Source: Paraspadella gotoi (Eukaryota > Animalia > Chaetognatha). From it: a stretch of DNA of 64,000 bases. Position 1 is the stretch's first letter, and each line of letters begins with the position of its first letter. Below, piece after piece: positions 54,501-62,757 of this stretch. The position numbers and the translations under genes were made by a program. The stretch lies in contig CM119265.1 in NCBI GenBank assembly GCA_051294375.1, positions 2,463,268 to 2,527,267 on the forward strand, given 5' to 3'. The notes below the pieces were generated by a model that searched no databases, was not told the origin of the DNA, and saw only the letters and a program-made list of their open reading frames with translations.

Positions 54501-56323
54501 TGTGAGGAAGCTTGCATTTGATTGCCTACTTGTTCTATCTCCCTCTTTTACAAGACCATATATAATATATATTCTCATTATGTCATTATGTCACTATGTC
54601 TTTTTTTATTAATAATGATTAATATTGTATCAAACTCTCTAATCAATCACTATCATCAATGGCTATAATAATTAAAAGATTTAATATACAATTTATGATC
54701 TCGAAATATCACACGTACTGAGGTTATTTATACCAATACGACTATATGCAAATGAGATTGACGATTACAATCTTATTTTCCATTGAATCGAGAGTTTATC
54801 TCTGATACCATCCCGTCGGTACGTACATCCGTCGCTATGTCAGTCTGCCGCAGTGTCCGTACATTCTCTCTCTATTTGTCCATACATCCGTCCGTCCGTC
54901 AACAGGGACATCGATCGCCTTCGGGTCGTCGAAGCGGAGATTCGTCGCGGTCTTCTCATCTTCCGTATGGACCTTCCGCCATCCCACGATCTCTTGATGC
55001 TGGAGAGACATTTGGGGGAGATCGAAGGCATTTGGGAGATTGCAATGCAATGGGACAGGTTCGGCATTGAGTTAATTTTTTGTTGTTAAAGATTAAGTTG
55101 AAAGTTAGTATAAAGGTATAGGGATTAAGTGAGCGATTAAGGTCGGTGTTTAAGATTAGGGGTTATGATTAGAAATTGGGGATAAGGATTTAGGATTAGG
55201 ATTAGCATTAGGTTAGATTAGGGATAAGGGTTAAAGGAACAAAAATGAGGCGCTCTGGAAAAAGAGAGCCGGCCAAAGAGGGTTTGGATTAGGGAAATTG
55301 GACAGGTGGGTCAAAAATGGTTTGGATTAGGGAATTTGGGAGATTCCAATGCAATGACAATCCTGGTTAGAATATGACTGCGATTAACTTGGAAGAATCC
55401 AATACAATGGGACAAGGAGAGTAAACGATTAATTTGCGAGGAGCAAATCAACCAATCTATTCCTAACTTACCTTTCTCTCCCCCCCTAACTACACAACCA
55501 ACCCACCCCAGACTCTGGGACGAATGGCGACTCGGCGCCTTCGCCACTCTCCGCACGGAAGTCATGGAGGACACCTCCAACGAGCTTTTCAAGAAGTTGA
55601 CCCTCATCGACAAATCGTTGAAGAAATCCGGGTTCGAGTGGAGCATCGTCGCCTCGACCTGTCATCGCGTGGACGAGTTTAGGAGGACGATGCCTCTGGT
55701 CACGGATCTCCACAATCACGCCATGAGGGCGCGACATTGGGAACAGATCAAGGTTTCTATTAGGGGGGGGAGTGCGGCTTTAGAGGGGTGAGAGTAGATT
55801 AAGGGTTTTTGGGGGAAGGTCTGTTGGGAACTGATTATTTTATGGTCTTTGTTTTAGAGGTGGATGGTTTGGATTTGTATTTACAGGCGATGCCAAATGT
55901 TGGTCCACCGGTTCTTTTTTTTCTTTTTTTTTTTTCATAAGTCTATGGTGGACTAAAATCCACCAACCGTTCATCAGCGGCCATTGGTGCAGGAGGCAAG
56001 TCATTCGTCTCCCAACCCAAAGGTCCCAAAGGTCCCCAGCAGTTAAGAGGGATGGGGCGATTAACCCGCCTGTAACACAGTGTTACAGCCTGATCCGAAG
56101 CTCAGGGACTGCTTATATTGAACGGTTCTGTCATTAACACAACAATAATTACTGTCTTTTAAAGTCCCACGGTTAATTTTCTTTATCCGTTCGTACAATC
56201 TAGCTTTTTAATGCGTTTCAATTCATTTTGTATCTTTTTCCGACGCATCGATCGAAAAGTTTTAAAAATTCGTTACGTCATATATCGTCATATAATGTCC
56301 AATAAACTCTAATCTAAATCTCG

Positions 56324-56354
<31 letters not shown>

Positions 56355-57891
56355 ACCCACGCGTAAAAAGGCGATGATGGGCAAAGACTTTGACGAAACT
56401 GACGAAGGCTTCAACCTCGAGAAGATCATGGAGCTCGAGTTCGCCGCCTTCGCCGAAGGAATCCACAACACGTCGGACGCTGCGACGAAGGAGTTGGTCA
56501 TCGAAATGGGTCTCATTAAGATCAACAACATTTGGTTGAGAACCGAAGAGTCGGACGGTGAGGAGGTGAGCAGGCGGTAGGGAAGGGGAGGGAGGGGAGG
56601 GAAGGGAAGGGAAGGGAAGGGAAGGGAAGGGAAGGGAAGGGAAGGGAAAGGGAAAGGAAGGGGAGGGAAGGGAAGGGAAGGAAAGGGGGCTTGGTTGTGA
56701 AGGGAAGGGAAAGGGAAGGGGAGGGAAGGGGAAGGGAAGGGAAGGGAAAGGAAGGGAAGGGAAAGGAAGGGAATGGAAGGGAAAGGAAGGGAAGAGAAAG
56801 AAGGGAAGGGAAGAAAGGAGAGGGAAAGGGGGCTTGGTTGTGAGGGAAGGGAAAGAAAGGGAAGGGAAGGGAAGGGGAAGGGGGTGAAAGGGGATTGGTT
56901 GTGAAGGAGAGGGAAAGAAAGGGAAGGGAAAGGGAAGGGAAGGGGAGGGAAAGGGGGATTGGTTGTTGTTCGGGGGTTGGGTTAAAACGAGTCGGGTTAA
57001 ATTTTTGCCCTTTTTTTTCTTTTGCAGAAAAGGGTGACGGAAATTAGATTTTTAAATTTGGTATTTTTTGGATTAAAAAATGCGTGGTTTCTCTTTGGAA
57101 GTAAATGTATTTTTTTTTTTTTTTAATAATGTCTTCGACTCGAGTCGCGGATCCGTCCCGATTCCATCAGCGATGTTATAATGACAACCGTTTTGGTGTT
57201 TTATCTAAAATAAGCGCGTTTTACGGGTAAAGCCAATTAAATTCATCAACAAATAGTCAAACTTTGCTCCCTTCGTTCATTATTGGGCTTGGGTATGTCA
57301 AATCTCGAGAAATCAAAGGGCGCGAAAAGTAGACCCACCAAGAGTCGAACTTGGGTTTCCGGGTTCAGTACCCGGCGTGCTAACCGTTACACCATGGGTC
57401 GTATCCAGAAGGCGAGAGGAAACTTGATTAAGTATTTCTAATCTTTAAAAAAAGAGTTTGAGAGAGAGAGAGAGAGAGAGAGAGAACCGGTTTTTTAATC
57501 AGATCGAAGAAAATCGAATTTCGAGTCGCGAAAGATTAAAATTTTGTTGAGGAACCAGAAAGAGAGAGAGAATGAATGAGTGAATGAATGAATACACGGA
57601 TACGGTCATGGGCACACACTCCGCGGCCTATACGACCATTTAGTCGTTGTTCAAAGGTTAATGTAAAATTAGAAGTAGAAATTAGATTTCCACAACAGAC
57701 TCCACAGCTATAAAACTATCATAAAACGAAAATAGTTAGTTTTCATTAGAGTATGAAAAAAGAAATAATAAGTCAATACACATAATAAAATGTTCGGATT
57801 AAGAAACGGTTTCATGTCTATTACAAAAAAAACCAAAGAATTTGAGAAAACATTGAGACGTCTCGTCTTTATCTTCTTTGTAGCTTAAAGT

Positions 57892-57922
<31 letters not shown>

Positions 57923-57993
57923 CCGGTTTCTCAATCAGATCGAAGAAAATCGAATTTCGAGTCAAGAAAGATTAAAATTTTCGTTGAGGAACC

Positions 57994-58028
<35 letters not shown>

Positions 58029-58369
58029 GAGAGAGAGAAGAGAGAGAGAGAGAAGAAGAGAGAGAGAGAGAGAGAGCGCTTTCATGATTATTTTCATAAA
58101 CAGAACTAAATTCTTGCGCAGGAATGTGTTTCGATTTGACGCCGTACAAAGATCAGGGTCACTACAAACTCAAAGCTGGAGATGATATCTTTACTCTGCT
58201 GGAGGAAAATCAGATGCAGGTTGAGATAAAGAAAGAAAGATAGAAAAGAAAAAAAAAGAAAAGAAAGAAAGAAATACAGAAAAGAAAGATAGAAAAGAAA
58301 GATAGAAAGTAAGAAAGAAACGAAAGAAAGAAAGAAACAAAGATAAGAAAGAAAGAAAAAGAGATAGAA

Positions 58370-58421
<52 letters not shown>

Positions 58422-61057
58422 AAAACAAGCAAGCAAGCAAACAAGCATCGTTTTATTTTCCAAGGTTTCCTCCATGAAAGCTTCCCGCTTCTGCTCTCCC
58501 TTTCGCAAAGAAGTTGATTACTGGGAGAAAGCGTTGAATCAGATCACGGAAGTCACGGAGATGCTGTTGAAGGTCGAGTGCTTGATGTTGAAGATCGAGT
58601 GGTTCATGTTGAAGGTCGAGTGGTTGATGGTGAAAGTCGAGTGCTTGATGTTGAAGGTCGAGTATTGACGTTGAAGGTTGAGTGGTTGATGTTGAAGGTC
58701 GAGTATTGACGTTAATGGTGGAATATTTGATGTTGAAGGTCGAGTGGTTGATGTTGAAGATTGAGTGGTTGATGTTGAAGGTCGAGTAGTTGACGTTGAA
58801 GGTCGAGTGGTTGATGTTGAAGGACGAGTATTGATGTTGATGGTGGAATATTTGACGTTGAAGGTTTAGCACTTGATGTTGAAGGTTTAGTAGTTGACGT
58901 TGAAAGTCGAGCAGTTGATGTTGACGAAGAATAAAAGGTGCTGTTGAAGGATAAGCTGGGTTGATGTTGAAGAAAAAAAAAAACAAACCGATGTTAAAGA
59001 CGAAGATAAATTGATTTTGAGAAGATGAAGGATTGATGGGGCGACATGCTGTTGTTAACGGGAAGATGTTGCGCTGTTTGAGTCGGACACGTTGTGATTC
59101 TCACGCTTTAGAGGAGAAATTTGTGGTCGGTCAATCGACACGGACGTGGTTCTCTATCGGTCCTTCCAAAAATCCACAGGTCCAAACTCAGTGGCTTTAC
59201 CTGGAGAACATCTTCCAAGGCGAAGACATTCGTCGACAACTTCCCAAAGAGTCCGACGACTTTGACCGAATTAACCTCACCTGGAGAGACGTGACGCAGG
59301 GTAAGGACCGGGGGGTGTCGGGAATATTTAAAAAAAATTACAATTTAAGGAAAATTTTAAATATATATAAAGATAATATATAATATAAAGATAATCGAAA
59401 AGAAAAATAGGAAAAGAAATGAAAAGAAAGAGACGAGACGAGACGAGACGAGACGAGACGAGACGAGACGAGACGAGACGAGACGAGACGAGACGAGACG
59501 AGACGAGACGAGACGAGACGAGACAAAAGTCGGAATTAAGCATAAAAAAAACAAACAAAGAAATGTACTAAAAAGTATGAAAAGAGGCACCAAAATAAAA
59601 AAAAGACCCGAAATGTAGAAAAAGAGCTTGAAACCTGAAGATCTTCGTCCCCAGTCGTGGCCCAAGACCCCAATTGCGTGATCGCTTGTCACTCTATCGG
59701 GATTCTCAAGACCCTCATCGCGATGAGCGAAGAGCTGGAGGTCATCGAGCGCGCGTTGGAGCAATACTTGGAGACCAAGCGGCAAATCTTCCCGCGGTTT
59801 TACTTCATCTCCAACGACATCTTGCTGGAGATTTTGGGAAATTCTAAGAATCCGCCAGAGGTCATGAAGGTGAAGGAGGTTGAAGAGGGAGGGAGGGGGT
59901 GTGGGGGGGGTCGAAGAATCGAGATTGGAAGAAGAGAGGGCGAACGATTTTAACAATGGCCTCCTTATCTCAATTCAGTATTTATTTAATTTGCTTCAGT
60001 ATAGTCTTGATGATAACGAGGTATAAAGACCGAGAGATATTTTACGTACAATGCCAGATCTTGATAGAGAGAAAAAGCTAATTAAGTAGAAGAGATTGTG
60101 AGAAAGAGAGACTTTCTCGCGACCGCCAAACACAACGACCACCGGGCAAAGTGGCTAAGAAACCTTTGTCAATTAAAACATTTCATCTTTCATAAGCAGG
60201 TATAATTAATCTAATGGCGCCGTTCTTCAGCACATGCGCGCCATGTTCGACAACATCAAGTCCCTCAAGTTGGAACCCGCCAAACAAGACCCCAAGAAGT
60301 TCGTGGCCAAAGGGATGCAGTCGTCCGACGGAGAATACATCGACTTTCTCTTCAACGGGCCGCTGCTCGACGGACCGGTGGGTGGACGAGGAAGGGAGGT
60401 TTCGGGTGAGGATCGCGGGTTTAATGAGGTCAGTTTTAAGTGTTCTTGAGGACGCGACGATGCCGATGGATTAATTGATAATTTGAGAATATATAAATAA
60501 ATATTTCAGTAAGTTTATTTACAAATTTTCTATTTTATTAACTGTTTGTTAGCTATATTTATTAATAAATAATAATAAAAAAATAAGCTAAAATGAAAAA
60601 ATTAAATTTGTTTGTTTTGTTGTTTTTCTTTGTTGTTGTTGTTGTTTTTGTTGTTTTTCTTTTTTATGACAATTTTATATACATTAAAAATCGTCATTTT
60701 CGACAAGAAAGATAAAATAATACAAGCGTGACCGGGAGGGGATTGATCCCGGAGTTAACGGTTGGTACTAAGCTGTCCAAGCTCATAGGGACTAGCTAAG
60801 TTGAATCAGTCTACACGGGATTCGCCATACCCACCCTCCCAGGTGGAGTCCTGGCTCTGCGACATCGAGCACCACATGCGCCTGGCGTTGCGCGACGTCC
60901 TCTGCCGGACCCGGATGTCGCTTCGCAAACACTTGACCAAGAGAGACAAGTGGATCAAGGAATGGCCGGGTCAGCCTTGCATCACGGCGTCTTCGATGCA
61001 GTGGACGGGAGATACGGAGAGATCGTTGAAGAGGTGATTGAGAAGAGGATGAATGAA

Positions 61058-61130
<73 letters not shown>

Positions 61131-61318
61131 GAGATTCGACAACAACATCCACTCTTTTGTCTCCACCAAATATCAGAGCCAAAGAAAAGGGAGACAAAAA
61201 ACCTTTGAAGCTTCTAAAGCGAAAATACGTTCAAGTGTTGAACAAATTTTCTGAGGCGATTCGAGGGAATTTGACGAAGATCGCGAGATTGAAAGTCGTC
61301 GCTCTTGTCACCATTCAG
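27599..61318 (+). CDS. DNAH2: Axonemal dynein heavy chain, DNAH2-like (inner arm I1/f beta); N-terminal tail and linker, 3' partial
   Basis: 37 GT-AG exons: 27599-27659, 27829-27880, 27964-28131, 29096-29251, 29608-29740, 30054-30258, 37502-37626, 37788-37913, 38138-38286, 38479-38633, 45347-45485, 46237-46375, 46778-46926, 47346-47462, 47536-47747, 48361-48515, 49050-49124, 49505-49630, 49725-49847, 50278-50379, 50623-50775, 50997-51164, 51592-51740, 52151-52253, 52594-52755, 53843-54040, 54313-54497, 54906-55058, 55512-55752, 56371-56557, 58122-58219, 58465-58572, 59180-59300, 59655-59869, 60231-60377, 60843-61033, 61177-61318. Peptides [67 protein letters not shown] and KVVALVTI are typical of DNAH2. 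The first three exons are less certain; exon 6 lacks its donor because of an inversion. Confidence 0.9.
28171..29072. repeat. Intronic minisatellite, ~70-bp unit x ~13
   Basis: Unit GTTCTGGCTCGATAGCAAGGCCCTGTGATATTTTCCATCATCCACCCTACTAAGCTCTTATAGTGTAGTC, head-to-tail with no spacers. Confidence 0.95.
30259..33618 (-). other. Inverted redundant copy of dynein intron 6 to intron 10 (exons 7-10), probably mis-oriented
   Basis: Reverse complement of ~37350-43690 without the 38694-42045 insertion. Its end at 33618 reads AA|GTGGAG on the minus strand, the missing donor of exon 6. Confidence 0.8.
33947..37066 (-). other. Second inverted noisy copy of the same segment
   Basis: Starts with the same AGCTATCAGTTAGCATACG as 30259; colinear with 30259-33275 with many single-base insertions. 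Confidence 0.8.
37092..37346. mobile_element. One end of a hAT-like DNA transposon
   Basis: Terminus TAGAGTTCCGATAACCG (minus strand) with clustered AACCG/CGGTT subterminal motifs; absent from the empty-site copy at ~33850. Confidence 0.5.
38694..42045. mobile_element. 3.35-kb non-autonomous DNA transposon with ~570-bp TIRs
   Basis: 38694-39283 is the inverted repeat of 41482-42045 (terminus TAGAGTTACCCAAAT). Inserted in a TA run; empty site visible at ~32020 and ~35750. Confidence 0.8.
40281..41000. mobile_element. Nested foldback/MITE with ~260-bp arms
   Basis: 40281-40531 is an imperfect inverted repeat of 40731-41000 (e.g. TTTGACTCAACAGATTTCGGTTTCACAA / TTGTGAAACCAAAATCTGTTTGAGTCAAA). 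Confidence 0.6.
42236..42947 (+). mobile_element. DINE-1/HINE-like element
   Basis: GTCC/GTCT microsatellite near the 5' end; 3' end GCAGATCCGAC(subTIR)-ACT-GTTTG-CT-CAAAC(hairpin)-TTGTT. Confidence 0.6.
43141..43414 (+). ncRNA. Structured ~290-nt Pol III-type RNA, SRP(7SL)-like 5' half with atypical S domain
   Basis: Nested stems GGAAGCAG(G)/CCTGCTTCC, AGTCGGG/CCCGACT, CGC(C)TCGAGC/GCTCGAGGCG, AGTC(C)GA/TCGGACT, GGTCGAC/GTCGACC; TTTT right after the closing stem; AT box near -30; Alu-like 5' end with TGTAA. Redundant copies at 30551-30849 and 34245-34540 (-). Confidence 0.5.
43875..43957 (+). ncRNA. Twister ribozyme, type P5 (family C), partly degenerate
   Basis: P5 TGTTGGCT/AGCCAACA; P1 CC-AAG-GG; T^AA; P2 CCGC/GCG-A-G; T2 GC/GC; P3 CAGTGA/TCACTG; P4 GGG/CCC; L4 T-CCG-AA-GC. 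The GA-CGG segment reads GC-CGT. Confidence 0.6.
44236..45068 (+). mobile_element. DINE-1/HINE-like element
   Basis: CAGATTCCGAC near the 5' end, GTCC/GTCT repeats, internal ~100-bp tandem duplication, 3' GCAGATCCGAC...CAAACTTGTT. Confidence 0.65.
49319..49378 (+). ncRNA. Twister ribozyme family B, degenerate copy (element ~49250-49415)
   Basis: Shares CCAAAG-CCTG-TCCAAAGT-CAGG and P5 TATCTT/AAGATA with 6237; TAA reads GAA, GA reads AA, and 3 nt are missing. Confidence 0.5.
51898..51975 (+). ncRNA. Twister ribozyme, type P5 (family C-like), P4 degenerate
   Basis: P5 CGCT/AGCG; P2 GCGC/GTGC; GA-TGG; T^AA; T2 GC/GC; P3 CAG-CGAC/GTTG-CTG; L4 T-CCG-AA-GC. Preceded by B-box-like GGGTTCAGTCCC and followed by GAGATGCC, as at 43960. 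Confidence 0.55.
53016..53087 (-). tRNA. trnQ: tRNA-Gln(TTG)
   Basis: GGTCCCA TGGTGTAACGGTCAGCATT CAGGA CT-TTG-AA TCCTG CGAT CCGAG TTCGAAT CTCGG TGGGACC T; complete cloverleaf. Confidence 0.95.
53481..53552 (-). tRNA. trnQ: tRNA-Gln(TTG)
   Basis: Identical to 53016-53087 except for one D-loop base. Confidence 0.95.
55945..56157 (+). mobile_element. Family A SINE-like element in dynein intron 29
   Basis: Leader hairpin GGTGGA-CTAAAA-TCCACC, tRNA-like head (T arm replaced by a short duplication), twister, tail ending AACAATAATTACTGTC. Confidence 0.75.
56038..56113 (+). ncRNA. Twister ribozyme, type P5 (family A), intact
   Basis: P5 AGCAGTT/GACTGCT; P2 CCC/G-A-GG; GA-TGG; T^AA (cleavage 56062/56063); T2 GC/GC; P3 CTGTAAC/GTTACAG; P4 CCTGA/TCAGG; L4 T-CCG-AA-GC. 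Confidence 0.85.
57330..57401 (-). tRNA. trnQ: Atypical tRNA-Gln(CTG)
   Basis: CGACCCA TGGTGTAACGGTTAGCACG CCGGG TA-CTG-AA CCCGG AAAC CCAAG TTCGACT CTTGG TGGGTCT A; stems paired, but A33 and a C1/U72 mismatch. Confidence 0.7.
58564..58925. repeat. 21-bp tandem repeat built from an exon-intron junction
   Basis: Unit TGTTGAAG|GTCGAGTGGTTGA, ~17 copies; the first copy overlaps the end of dynein exon 58465-58572. Confidence 0.9.
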
Positions 61319-61809
61319 GTAAAAGAGGAGGGTGGGGGGGGAAAGGGAGGGCGGTTATGGGTCTGAGAGAGAGAGAGAGAGTTGGGCTCACTTTTTTTTA
61401 AAAGCGACCCAGTTTCTGTTTCTTACTTCCCTCTCTCTCTCTTCTCTTGCTCGTGCCGGTTCAGGCACCAAGGCCACTTTGCCCCAGTTTGGGCAATGAC
61501 CTAAGACTGACCCTAGTATTAGAGCCGGAATCAAAAGGCTCGCTCCGTTATCTCGGCGAGGCTGCCTGGGTGACATTAAATCTTAAGTACATTTTGTAAA
61601 AAATGAATCGAACCTAATTCGTTAAACACAGAGAAAATGTATTTCTTTGGAAAGAAAACGAAATGAACACTTTTTCAATATCAATCGTCGAGACTTGACA
61701 AAAGCGGATAAATCCCTAATGCGATTTCCAATAAGGAGGAAGATTCGAAAACCTGCAATCTTGGCAATAGTTTTTTTTTTCGTTTCTCCTTTTTATTTCT
61801 TTTCTTCTT

Positions 61810-62720
61810 TCAATCGACACCCAACCCTTTCTCGATCCTGTCCAGAAGAGTCTCTCCATTCATCTCTCTCTCTCCCTCTCTGCTCTTTTCTATCCTGTCC
61901 AGTAGAGAGTCTCCATTAATCTCGCTATCCACCCGTCCCCCCTTCACTATCCTCTCTAACCATCCCTCCCTCTCCTCCCTTCCTCCCTTCTTCCTCCCTC
62001 TCTTCCTCGTGGACACCAACCCGTGCACCCGTTTCTCGTGTCGATGCTTTTCGTTCGGTCGAGAGAATTCTTTCCCGCACACGCAACACGGCCATCGTTT
62101 CCCTTCGTGCGCGGCCTCGACGTGGGAGCGGAGATCGAACTTGATCGAGTAGACCTTGGGACAGAGCGGACAAGCGAAGGATTCTCCGCCGTGGATCCCG
62201 CGAATGTGTTGTTTCAGGGTGCTGGGTTGGGAGAAGATCTTTCCCGGGCACTGCGGGCATCGCAGCACTCGGCCCGAATGGCGGTTCATCCTGTGTTTCC
62301 GCAGGGCTTCCTTCTCGCGGAAGGCTTCGCCGCATTTGAGGCATTTGAAGGGTTTGGAAGGGGTGGCGCCGTCGCCCTCGGCGTGGTGGTCGCGGGCGTG
62401 GCGAAGGAGATCGTCGACGGTGGCTCCGCATTCTTCGCACATCGTCTTCGTCTTCTTCTTGATCTCCTCTTCCTCTTCTTTGCTCTTCCTCGTTACTCCG
62501 TTTCTTCCGACGGTTTTACCCTTCTTGTGCTGCCACTCTTGGTGTCGAGCGAGATTGTAGGCCGTCGAGAAGGGAAGCTGACACGTGACCACGTCGCAGA
62601 TCACGTGATCTGGAGGGAGGACGACCTCCTCGGGGTGGCGGAACTTAAGGGGTTGGGAGAAAGGAAGGGATTTGAGAGAGAAGTATGAAAATGAGAAAAA
62701 TGGGGAGTAGGAAATACTTT

Positions 62721-62757
<37 letters not shown>

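Noticed and set aside
60728-60830. tRNA gene on the minus strand
   Set aside because: Only a B-box-like CCGGGATCAATCCC; no cloverleaf.
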